Below, one piece after another: positions 46,622-58,883 of a stretch of 64,000 bases of DNA (positions are counted from its first letter, which is position 1; each line of letters starts with the position of its first letter). The translations under genes and the position numbers were made by a program. The notes beneath the pieces are model-generated. The model saw nothing but the letters and a program-made list of their open reading frames with translations. It searched no databases and was not told where the DNA came from. Location of the stretch: contig USDN01000009.1 of assembly GCA_900553515.1 (NCBI GenBank), positions 123-64,122 on the forward strand, in the 5' to 3' direction. The stretch is from an uncultured Blautia sp. (GTDB taxonomy: Bacteria; Bacillota; Clostridia; Lachnospirales; Lachnospiraceae).

Positions 46622-49499
46622 CTATCAGTTCACACTCCCACGAGGGGAGCGACGGTCAGAACGCCCTGAACGTGATGTGATCATATTAGAATTTCAATCC
46701 ACGCTCCCACGAGGGGAGCGACTACTGTACCACCTGCGATATTACCTACAGCATTTTGATTTCAATCCACGCTCCCACGAGGGGAGCGACGCTTTGGAAC
46801 TTGCCATGACAAAGACTACAGATATTTCAATCCACGCTCCCGCGAGGGGAGCGACTGTCGTAGAGGGATGGTTATTTGATCATCTGGGGATTTCAATCCA
46901 CGCTCCCGCGAGGGGAGCGACGAATAAGTGAACGAGTTGCAGATTTTTAATAATATTTCAATCCACGCTCCCGCGAGGGGAGCGACCAGAGTCAAAAGCG
47001 CTGTCAATCTTGCTCGCAAAAATTTCAATCCACGCTCCCGCGAGGGGAGCGACGAAAAGCACATAGTATCGTCATGCAGCTTGATAATATTTCAATCCAC
47101 GCTCCCGCGAGGGGAGCGACCGTCTGGGAGGAAAGTTCCCAGGCTATCGACAGATTTCAATCCACGCTCCCGCGAGGGGAGCGACAAAATCGGAATTGGA
47201 AAATAGAGGTAAAGTTAAAAATTTCAATCCACGCTCCCGCGAGGGGAGCGACTGTGTCGTATTTGCTTTTTCTTTTAAATTTGGCAATTTCAATCCACGC
47301 TCCCGCGAGGGGAGCGACCTATAAGATTTTTAATTGACACCAGCAATGGATAATTTCAATCCACGCTCCCGCGAGGGGAGCGACCATAAACAAAAATCTC
47401 CTTTCAAATTTATTCTTATTTCAATCCACGCTCCCGCGAGGGGAGCGACCAGAGCCGATGTAATCGTTAATAAGTACATTGGCATTTCAATCCACGCTCC
47501 CGCGAGGGGAGCGACACAGCATTGCGGCAAAGTTGTAATTCATTTGGCATTTCAATCCACGCTCCCGCGAGGGGAGCGACTGCCCTGGTATTTGCTAATT
47601 CCATAATTTTGTTCATTTCAATCCACGCTCCCGCGAGGGGAGCGACTCTTCCGGAAGCTGCAACATCTCCGTAAGCTGGGAATTTCAATCCACGCTCCCG
47701 CGAGGGGAGCGACCCTGAATGCTGGAGGCGGCTTGTATTCTACTTATGGATTTCAATCCACGCTCCCGCGAGGGGAGCGACCCGCGGTGGTCCTCCCGGT
47801 ATGTGATATTCCCTAAATTTCAATCCACGCTCCCGCGAGGGGAGCGACCACTTTATGAGAGGACACGCATCTGCCGGAAAAGATTTCAATCCACGCTCCC
47901 GCGAGGGGAGCGACGATAAAGCAGAGCTATATAAAGGCATTCAGTAAAATTTCAATCCACGCTCCCGCGAGGGGAGCGACTGTAACTGCTGATATAATCC
48001 GAAATACTGTACTATTTCAATCCACGCTCCCGCGAGGGGAGCGACTGTTGCCTCTCCCTCTTTTTCCCATGCCTCTTTATTTCAATCCACGCTCCCGCGA
48101 GGGGAGCGACGAGTCAGTTGCTGAATTAAAGCAAATTTTTAATATTTCAATCCACGCTCCCGCGAGGGGAGCGACAACATACAAAAAAGGCTATCGACCA
48201 TCCATAAAGATTTCAATCCACGCTCCCGCGAGGGGAGCGACCGGTACCAAAATCGCTGTACTGGAACAGTGGAGAATTTCAATCCACGCTCCCGCGAGGG
48301 GAGCGACTAAACATACAGTAATACAGGAGGTGATTAAACATATTTCAATCCACGCTCCCGCGAGGGGAGCGACGAAAGAGGACTTGTTGATGCTGTTATG
48401 TTTGAGATTTCAATCCACGCTCCCGCGAGGGGAGCGACGAATTTGAGAAAGCCCATACCAGAGAAGAGTTTATATTTCAATCCACGCTCCCGCGAGGGGA
48501 GCGACTGCCAGGCCGGAAAGTAATAAGGATCTCGTTCGCATTTCAATCCACGCTCCCGCGAGGGGAGCGACTATATTGGCCTTGTATGCTTTAATGCACT
48601 GCGGAAATTTCAATCCACGCTCCCGCGAGGGGAGCGACTTTTCTCTGTCCAATGGATGCCCTATAGCCTCCTATTTCAATCCACGCTCCCGCGAGGGGAG
48701 CGACGAGGATCAAATTGTCGTTCCGGGACTTCACGAGGATTTCAATCCACGCTCCCGCGAGGGGAGCGACGATAAGTCCATCCCGATCACGAAGTTTAAT
48801 TTCAAATTTCAATCCACGCTCCCGCGAGGGGAGCGACGACATACAATCAACGCCGACTGCATCCTTATTTATTTCAATCCACGCTCCCGCGAGGGGAGCG
48901 ACGGATACCGTCCAGTCCCTTCGCTTTCATGTACTGATTTCAATCCACGCTCCCGCGAGGGGAGCGACTACGCCTTCCGGATGCTGTTACAACGTCCGTA
49001 GAATTTCAATCCACGCTCCCGCGAGGGGAGCGACAATATTCCGCCGGTTTCGTGATCCGCGCATCGTCCAATTTCAATCCACGCTCCCGCGAGGGGAGCG
49101 ACCGGAGAGAGTACGATTGATGTCATTGCCAATTCAATTTCAATCCACGCTCCCGCGAGGGGAGCGACCGAAAAATTTGATTTTAATGGAGATGTAACAC
49201 TGATTTCAATCCACGCTCCCGCGAGGGGAGCGACTACTGTCACCATGTGTCTCACAAACTTTTTCGAGATTTCAATCCACGCTCCCGCGAGGGGAGCGAC
49301 AGCGTCTGTATACGCCAACGATCCGAAGCGGTCAATTTCAATCCACGCTCCCGCGAGGGGAGCGACGTCGATGATGCGTGACGCAAACGCTTCTATCTGC
49401 ATTTCAATCCACGCTCCCGCGAGGGGAGCGACGGACTTAACTGTATGTTCCGGTTTTTGATTTCCAGATTTCAATCCACGCTCCCGCGAGGGGAGCGAC
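46622..49499 (-). CRISPR. Type I-C CRISPR array, 44 repeats (last degenerate) and 43 spacers of 33-37 bp
   Basis: 32-bp repeat GTCGCTCCCCTCGCGGGAGCGTGGATTGAAAT (minus), counted by hand; variants only at the low-coordinate trailer end. Confidence 0.98.
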
Positions 49500-49666
49500 A
49501 GCAAATATTACTAAATTATAGCAATATTTTTTATAACTTATTTCTAAAAACACATGTTTTTCTTCTTCATATTGTTAATTTCATCTTATATTTCTTTATA
49601 TTTTTATTTAAATTTACGGTGCGAATCTCCAAGTAAAGTTATGTATGCTTCATTTTCGCACTTGAT
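49500..49666 (-). promoter_or_regulatory. AT-rich CRISPR leader
   Basis: Between cas2 and first repeat; GTGCGAA (49619) ... TTCGCAC (49661) inverted motif. Confidence 0.85.
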
Positions 49667-49957
49667 CTACATAATCAGAATATCATCTGCGGATATCCCT
49701 TTTTCAATACCAACATGTTCAATTCTGGTCTGATATTTATTTCCCAGATAATAGAAACGCAGACTATCTGTATCTTCGTCAATAATATCTGTTAATTCTG
49801 CCTTCAACATTACACATTGAGCATTGTCTAAGATACATTCAAACACTGAATTCTGTACGCGACGACCATAATTCACACATTGTTTTGCAACTTTTCGGAG
49901 TCTTTTCTTTCCTGCAGAAGTTTCTGTATTTACATCATAAGTAATCAGTACCAGCAT
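49667..49957 (-). CDS. cas2: Cas2
   Basis: MLVLITYDV...RVQNSVFE...DSLRFY. Confidence 0.97.
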   Translation of the reverse strand: MLVLITYDVNTETSAGKKRLRKVAKQCVNYGRRVQNSVFECILDNAQCVMLKAELTDIIDEDTDSLRFYYLGNKYQTRIEHVGIEKGISADDILIM

Positions 49958-49969
49958 CTTTTCTTCACC

Positions 49970-51001
49970 TCATTTCCATAGGAATACCGGATATCCATCC
50001 AAATCTCCTCTAAGATATCTGGCAAGCAGCATAGCCTGGACATATGGAACCATTCCCCACTGTATTTTTTCTTTTAAATAGGGATGAGTAAGTGATTCTT
50101 TTTTCTTATTCTGCCATTCTGTCAGTAGTTTTTTTCTAAGCTCATCATCCATTAAGACGGCTCCATTTTCCTTTACTTTAAAGTTCTTTTTGCTAACAAT
50201 TTTCTTATTAATAAGAGACAGAACAAAACGATCTGCCAGTACCGCCCGTAATTCTTCAATCAAATCTAACGCCAGCGAAACACGGCCAGGACGATCCGTA
50301 TGCAAATATCCAACATATGGATCTAATCCTACGCATTCCAGAGCTGAAGCAATTTGATTTGTCAGTAATGTATACACAAAAGACAGCATGGCATTCACAT
50401 TATCCATAGGCGGTCTCTTACTCCTTCCACAAAACACAAAATCCATTTTCTGCTGTAGAATCAGTTCATTAAATACACTAAAATAAATGCTGGCCGCCTC
50501 ACCTTCATAACCTCTCAATTGTTCCTTAGATTTACAATTCTTTATATATTCTAAAGAATTTTTCAACTTTTCTGAGGCTTCTTTTACCCTGTCTACATCT
50601 ATCTGAAGATTGTGATCACGTACCGCTCTTTCCAAGACCCATCTGGCATTAAAGACCTTCCCAATAATACAATTTTGAGCTATGGAAAAACTTATTTTTT
50701 CATCAAAACTGCTTTCATATTGCTGCTCTCTCAGAATTACATTTCCTTTTGTTCTCCCCGATACTCTTGCAAGGAATTTTCCCTGCGGACTGACATAGCA
50801 TAAAGAAATATTTCTCTCTGCACAGGCTCCCATTAGCGCAGGACTTGTTCCTCTGTATCCAAAGGAAACAATACCTTCCAGATTATGTAAGGGAAGTCGT
50901 CCAATTTCCTGCTTATCTTCCAAAATAACAATGTTTTCTCCATCAAGAGCCAGATAACTGTTTTCAGAAGTAACATACAATGTATTCAATAACTTTTTCA
51001 T
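49970..51001 (-). CDS. cas1: Cas1 (type I-C)
   Basis: MKKLLNTLYV, LRGYEG, NAMLSF.Y, GLDPYVGYLH, LALDLIEELR. Confidence 0.97.
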   Translation of the reverse strand: MKKLLNTLYVTSENSYLALDGENIVILEDKQEIGRLPLHNLEGIVSFGYRGTSPALMGACAERNISLCYVSPQGKFLARVSGRTKGNVILREQQYESSFDEKISFSIAQNCIIGKVFNARWVLERAVRDHNLQIDVDRVKEASEKLKNSLEYIKNCKSKEQLRGYEGEAASIYFSVFNELILQQKMDFVFCGRSKRPPMDNVNAMLSFVYTLLTNQIASALECVGLDPYVGYLHTDRPGRVSLALDLIEELRAVLADRFVLSLINKKIVSKKNFKVKENGAVLMDDELRKKLLTEWQNKKKESLTHPYLKEKIQWGMVPYVQAMLLARYLRGDLDGYPVFLWK

Positions 51002-51663
51002 TCTTCTTCCTCCCTCAGCATATGGCTCATATAAGTATTAACAGAAGTAGCTTTCGCCAACCTTGGAATGCATAACTCCTTCAAAGAACATGAATTACAG
51101 GCTTTACTGGTTTTCACCTTTGGCGTATACTTTCTTCTATAATATTGATGCATTTCCTGGAACATATTCTTTACTTCGGTTCGCAATTCTTCTGTAAAAT
51201 CTATATTTTCGCGTCTCCTGGTTTCTCCATAGAATATTGCACCTTCTGATATCTCTGTAGAAAACATTTCTTCCAGACACATTGCCTGAGCTGTTAATTG
51301 AAGCTTATCTTCTGCTGTCAGTTTAGGTTTTCCCTTTTTGTACTCTACAGGATAAACTCTAAAAAGCCCTCTATGCCCATGTAGTTTTATTCCATCCTCT
51401 TTTCTATGAAACTCTACAACATCACATTCTCCACTAACTCCTAAAGTTCTTGATGATACGGGAAGTGCCCGGACTATTAGTACATCCTTTCTCTTCTCTG
51501 TCAGAAATGGATCATGCACTTTTTTGTGCATAAGCTCTCCTACTACTGTATGAATATTTTCTGCCCACTGCTGTTCAATATGGATTAAGGCCCACTGTCT
51601 CCTGCAAAATTTAAAATGCTGGATTCCTGATATCATCAGGTAATCATCCTGTGTATATTCCAT
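50998..51663 (-). CDS. cas4: Cas4
   Basis: FCRRQW, GECDVVE, PVEYKKG, CNSCSLKELC. Confidence 0.96.
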   Translation of the reverse strand: MEYTQDDYLMISGIQHFKFCRRQWALIHIEQQWAENIHTVVGELMHKKVHDPFLTEKRKDVLIVRALPVSSRTLGVSGECDVVEFHRKEDGIKLHGHRGLFRVYPVEYKKGKPKLTAEDKLQLTAQAMCLEEMFSTEISEGAIFYGETRRRENIDFTEELRTEVKNMFQEMHQYYRRKYTPKVKTSKACNSCSLKELCIPRLAKATSVNTYMSHMLREEEE

Positions 51664-52574
51664 CAAATCATCCTTTTCATTTCAACAGAATCCGGAATCT
51701 TATCTTCATGAATATTTACGATATAATCCTGATATTTTCTTGGATATATAACATCCTCTTTTCGTTTTACCTCCACTGCGTCAAACAACTTATATGCCGG
51801 ACAATCTCCCAGCTCTTTACTGTGCTTAAACACAATCAATTCACGGACTGCCATTTTTCCTCTGGCCGCAGAATGATCGTGCTCAAACATATTTATAATT
51901 GCCTCCCACAAAAGCTCCAGATCCTCTTCAGAAAAGCCTGTAACCTTACGGGCAAGATTGGCAGAAATATATCCTTCTACCCGATATAATCCATATGGCA
52001 CAATACTTTTTCTACCCATTTCTGTGCTTTTATTTTCCGCATCTTTCTCTGTAGTAATCGCAACTCGTGTGATTGTTACTTCCTGACTGATAATCGGATC
52101 AATACTTCTTGCAAATCCAAGCTGTACTGGACCCCTTACCTGCCCACAATTCAGAGCAGCTTTTACAAACGTCGTCATAACTGCACCAAATGTACGGATG
52201 TCAAAAAAGTTATCACACATATAATCTCTGAGTTTTTCATCCGCTTTCGGATCACTCTTTTTTAATTTTTTCAGTGCTTCGGTAACTTTTTTATCATCTG
52301 TTTCTTCCACTCCAAGACTTTCACAGGCTTCCCTGTCGCTCCGGTTTAAAGGCATATCTTCTTTAATATAAATTTTATATCCTTTTTCATTCTCCTTCAC
52401 TGTTTCCACATAATTTCTGATTTTACGTTTTAAACAAACATCTGTTACAATGCCAAGACCACTTTCCGGATCTATTCTTGGCATATTTCCCGCATCTGGA
52501 TCTCCATTCGGATTTCCGTTTTCCACATCAAATAATACCACAAACTCATATCTGTTTTTAATTGCTTCACCCAT
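51663..52574 (-). CDS. cas7c: Cas7/Csd2 (type I-C)
   Basis: NGNPNGDPDAGNMPR, TDVCLKRKIRN, FFDIRTFGAV, MGRK. Confidence 0.96.
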   Translation of the reverse strand: MGEAIKNRYEFVVLFDVENGNPNGDPDAGNMPRIDPESGLGIVTDVCLKRKIRNYVETVKENEKGYKIYIKEDMPLNRSDREACESLGVEETDDKKVTEALKKLKKSDPKADEKLRDYMCDNFFDIRTFGAVMTTFVKAALNCGQVRGPVQLGFARSIDPIISQEVTITRVAITTEKDAENKSTEMGRKSIVPYGLYRVEGYISANLARKVTGFSEEDLELLWEAIINMFEHDHSAARGKMAVRELIVFKHSKELGDCPAYKLFDAVEVKRKEDVIYPRKYQDYIVNIHEDKIPDSVEMKRMI

Positions 52575-55420
<2,846 letters not shown>

Positions 55421-55437
<17 letters not shown>

Positions 55438-55888
55438 ATACTTCCTCACTTCCCAGAAAATTTAATGTATCAAGTGCAGAGATTGTATGAAAACTGATCC
55501 GATGTGTTGGATATTTGAATTTTGCCAGTTCCCAGAATGCTGCCCGTGATATTTTTCCATCTATAAAGTTCTGTATATAATTATAAATCGTATCATCTGC
55601 CATAGGGCCTTCTACAATATCGTATTGATGTGGTATGCCCTGACGGCAGGCTACAATAAAATCCAGCCATTCTTCTGTCATTTTTTCAAATACAAGATAC
55701 TTCAATTCAGGATTGGGTTTATATTCATACTGATTGATATATCCTCTTTTTCCAAAACGAGTTGCCCATCTTTTGGCCTGCTCCGGATAATTAGTACAGT
55801 AAAATCCAAAATAAAAGTCCTTATTATACTGGGCTTCCCTGATTTCAGGATATTCTACAATATCCCTGCTTCCATGATATAAGATCAT
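55421..55888 (-). CDS. DUF3990 protein (ADP-ribosyltransferase-like, putative toxin)
   Basis: MILYHGS, KDF..GFYCT...QA.RWA, EWLDFI..CR, YDIVEGPMADD; RBS GGAGG. Confidence 0.85.
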
Positions 55889-55952
55889 AATTCCTCCATT
55901 GTTTTTAATATATATTATATCTTGCTCTTTGTTGTCTGATAATTATATTTTT

Positions 55953-55981
55953 AATATACAGCTTTCACACATAAAATGCAA
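55953..55981 (-). promoter_or_regulatory. Putative SigA promoter for DUF3990-partner-cas5c operon
   Basis: TTGCAT(55981-55976)-17bp-TATATT(55958-55953); weaker alternative TTATCA-17bp-TATAAT(55919-55914). Confidence 0.6.
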
Positions 55982-56029
55982 CCTTTTTATTTGTATATTG
56001 GGTAAATTTTATGGAAGTTTAAATTTTTA

Positions 56030-56058
56030 TTGATTTTTATCTTAATGTATACTATACT
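56030..56058 (+). promoter_or_regulatory. Putative SigA promoter of the solitary-repeat RNA
   Basis: TTGATT(56030)-17bp-TATACT(56053), ending 7 bp before the repeat. Confidence 0.65.
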
Positions 56059-56065
56059 GCTTTAT

Positions 56066-56175
56066 GTCAGGTTCTTAATGTAAACCTGTGGATTGAAATC
56101 ATAATATTTTTGCCAATGCCAATATTCAAAAGCGATACTCAATGATTTTCATTGGTATCGCTTTTGATCTTTTTT
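56066..56175 (+). ncRNA. Putative crRNA-like regulatory RNA: degenerate repeat, about 27-nt spacer, terminator
   Basis: GTC-AGGTT-cttaatgta-AACCT-GTGGATTGAAAT at 56066-56099 versus array repeat GTC-GCTCCC-ctcgc-GGGAGC-GTGGATTGAAAT. Confidence 0.7.
56127..56175. terminator. Bidirectional terminator between cas3 and the solitary-repeat RNA
   Basis: CAAAAGCGATAC(56127-38)/GTATCGCTTTTG(56155-66), inner CAATGA/TCATTG, T-runs on both strands. Confidence 0.8.
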
Positions 56176-56190
56176 CTTTCTTAATCTATT

Positions 56191-58329
56191 TTATAAAAAA
56201 CAAGCTATTCCATCCTCTATTTCCAGATTCAGACCCATATCTTCCGTATACTGGTTACTATCTGCCAGTTCATAGAAATCCGGAATATCCTCCGAAACAA
56301 CTCTAAGTATTCCAGCACCTTCCATTTTTTTGAAAAGGGACTCGCTAATATTGATGCAATACTTTCCAGCTTTTCTCATCCTTGCTTTGCTGAATCCCTG
56401 ATTTCGTATTTCCTGATAAAGTTCTTCTGATTCCTCATTATTACGAATAAAAACTGTTATGGTCTTTTCCTCTATCAGACGAAATGCTTTTCCTACTTTG
56501 GCAAAATGGTATCTCCGTCCCTTAAATTCCTCCATAATCTTCTTTTTATCAAGATCCTCTCCTGCAACATTGTATAATATCTTAAAATATTGTGTTATAC
56601 TCTCCTGCGCTGACAAATCCGTATGTTCTCCGATCAATAACTTAGCCGCATCAATTTGTCTTCTTTGTCCCGGGATATGCTTCTTTTCTAAAAATTCAAA
56701 AATATAGACTCTGCTTTGCTGTCTTAATCTTTTTCCCTCCCGATTACATCGACCAGCCGCCTGAATCATAGAATCTACTCCTGCAAGCTGACGATACACC
56801 GCTTGAAAATCCAGATCCACTCCAGCTTCAACGAGACTTGTGGAAATTAGAATACATCTTTCGCTTTTTCTCAATTTCTCTCGTATTTCACTCAAAATCT
56901 TTTTTCTGTGTTTTGGGTACATGCTGGTTGATAAATGGTAAATTCCATCACCCTTCAGACAGTTGTACAATTCCTGTGCCTTTTTTCTGGTATTCACAAT
57001 ACACAACGCCTGAAATTCTTCCGATAATCTTTCAATTAGTTCCAAGTCTTCCACTGTTCCTATATTATCAAACTCTGTTCTTTTAAAAAAACGGAATTGT
57101 TCTTCCATCCTTGGACATAATTCTATCTGATTCATATCTTTTCCAAAAAATTGATTTAGAGCTGGCTGTGTTGCTGTACAAAGCACCGCGCTTACCCTGT
57201 AATTTCGAATCAGCTCCTCAATCATAGCCGTACAGGGAATCAGGTATTCATTGGGCAACATTTGTGCTTCATCAAAAATAACCACACTGTTTGCTATATT
57301 ATGCAATTTTCTGCATTTAGAAGATTTATTTGCAAATAAAGACTCAAAAAACTGTACATTTGTCGTGACTATCACCGGCTTGTCCCAGTTTTCTGCCGCA
57401 AGCTGCATGGGCTTAAACTCTTCAGAAGACTCATAATCTACATTGCAATGATTCTCCAGAACATTTTCTTCTCCCAATACGTCACGAAATATTTTGGCAT
57501 TCTGTTCAATAATGCTGGTATAAGGGATCACATAAATTACTCTGTCCATATGATGTTCCACAGCATGCTTTAATGCAAAGGCCAGGGATGCAATTGTTTT
57601 TCCACCCCCGGTTGGAACGGTTAAACGAAAAAGTCCTTTTTCTGATTTTCCCATTTCATAACAATTCTGCAGAATTTCTGTACGTCTTCCATTTACTGTA
57701 TCAATATCCTGATTTTTCATCCAATCTTTTGTATAGCTCTCCAGTTTCTGCAGAAGCTGATCTATTTCTTCACCTGACACCCGCCCCGTATCTCCATTTT
57801 TTATAAAGGCTTCTGTATCCAGAAAGTCAGCATCTACAAGACAGGAATATAACATTCGAATAAACGTGCTTAATGAAAAATCCTGATCTTTCACTTTTTT
57901 AGGATCGAACGGCAAAGTGCTTATCTCTGGTATCTGTATTTCCGCCTGATATCTATGGTAATCACATATTTTTTTCTTTCTGCGTCCCAGAAGAGTAGAT
58001 GTACTGCCTGTATCACTGGAAGAACCATAATCTGGAAGTCCAGCATGGTGTCCGGCAATACAATAGCTCATAAAAGAATAAAGTCCTCCCATTTTTTCAC
58101 AAACTCTTGCGCCTGCCGTTGAATGATCCACCTGAGCCTCACTTTCTCCGCAGATTCTTTTTTGAAAATCATTGGAATATTTACCAATATCATGAAGCAT
58201 TCCACAAAAAAATCCCCAGTCTTCTTTACCGAATTTTGATGCAAACATCCCTGCCAAATCTGCCGTTCCTTCTAAATGTTCCTTGATTGTCTGTATTCTT
58301 TTTCCATCTATATGCGCAATATATTCCAT
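56191..58329 (-). CDS. cas3: Cas3 HD nuclease-helicase
   Basis: EHL, LHDIGK, HHAGL, LVDAD; VPTGGGKT, DEAQ, QAAGRCNR. Confidence 0.97.
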   Translation of the reverse strand: MEYIAHIDGKRIQTIKEHLEGTADLAGMFASKFGKEDWGFFCGMLHDIGKYSNDFQKRICGESEAQVDHSTAGARVCEKMGGLYSFMSYCIAGHHAGLPDYGSSSDTGSTSTLLGRRKKKICDYHRYQAEIQIPEISTLPFDPKKVKDQDFSLSTFIRMLYSCLVDADFLDTEAFIKNGDTGRVSGEEIDQLLQKLESYTKDWMKNQDIDTVNGRRTEILQNCYEMGKSEKGLFRLTVPTGGGKTIASLAFALKHAVEHHMDRVIYVIPYTSIIEQNAKIFRDVLGEENVLENHCNVDYESSEEFKPMQLAAENWDKPVIVTTNVQFFESLFANKSSKCRKLHNIANSVVIFDEAQMLPNEYLIPCTAMIEELIRNYRVSAVLCTATQPALNQFFGKDMNQIELCPRMEEQFRFFKRTEFDNIGTVEDLELIERLSEEFQALCIVNTRKKAQELYNCLKGDGIYHLSTSMYPKHRKKILSEIREKLRKSERCILISTSLVEAGVDLDFQAVYRQLAGVDSMIQAAGRCNREGKRLRQQSRVYIFEFLEKKHIPGQRRQIDAAKLLIGEHTDLSAQESITQYFKILYNVAGEDLDKKKIMEEFKGRRYHFAKVGKAFRLIEEKTITVFIRNNEESEELYQEIRNQGFSKARMRKAGKYCINISESLFKKMEGAGILRVVSEDIPDFYELADSNQYTEDMGLNLEIEDGIACFL

Positions 58330-58370
58330 ATTTTTCTCTTCCCTTCCTACTATCAATCTGAAAGAGTTCC

Positions 58371-58823
58371 TTACACCCTCTCAAATCTCCACTTTTGCTT
58401 CACATCCGGATATTTGTCCCGATCCACCTCGCTCATAAACATCTCAAAGGGCCTCGCGCAGATCTTAAAAGGTGCGTACAGTCCCTGATAGATCACCAGG
58501 CGTTCTCCTGTTTCCGTATGCTCTGCAAAGGCAAGAACCTTATAAAGATACTCTGAAGTATTTTTATCCACCCATTCTCTTTTAAAATGCTGCACGATAT
58601 CTCCCGGACGAATATCTCTTTTTGCTGCCGCATCTGTTACCGGAGGAGCTGTCGGTTCTGTACTTAACTCCACATATTCCTCTTTGTCAAGGGATATCGG
58701 AACTCCGGTTCTGCCGGAAATGTGAACACCTCCATACCAGCTCCCCTGGATCTCAAAAATATCTCCTACCTCATATTCGGAACTGTACTCATCATTTTTC
58801 TTGATAATTCTGATTTTTGTCAT
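58371..58823 (-). CDS. DUF1653-domain protein
   Basis: HFK...YKVLAFAEHTETGE.LVIYQGLY...ARPFEMFMSEVD...RF. Confidence 0.85.
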   Translation of the reverse strand: MTKIRIIKKNDEYSSEYEVGDIFEIQGSWYGGVHISGRTGVPISLDKEEYVELSTEPTAPPVTDAAAKRDIRPGDIVQHFKREWVDKNTSEYLYKVLAFAEHTETGERLVIYQGLYAPFKICARPFEMFMSEVDRDKYPDVKQKWRFERV

Positions 58824-58883
58824 AATTCAGCACTCTCCTTTATAGAAATAAAATGCCTGTTTCCAGACATTTTATTTTGTTCT

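Noticed and set aside
46654..49467. Self-targeting or duplicated spacers
   Set aside because: None noticed by eye within the window; not exhaustively tested.
46677..49636. Many ORFs with VAPLAGAWIE / ISIHAPARGAT / FQSTLPRGER peptides
   Set aside because: Translations of the CRISPR repeat, not genes.
55938..55955. Alternative target for the solitary-repeat spacer (AATTATATTTTT on +)
   Set aside because: No TTC PAM and seed mismatches at positions 1 and 4.
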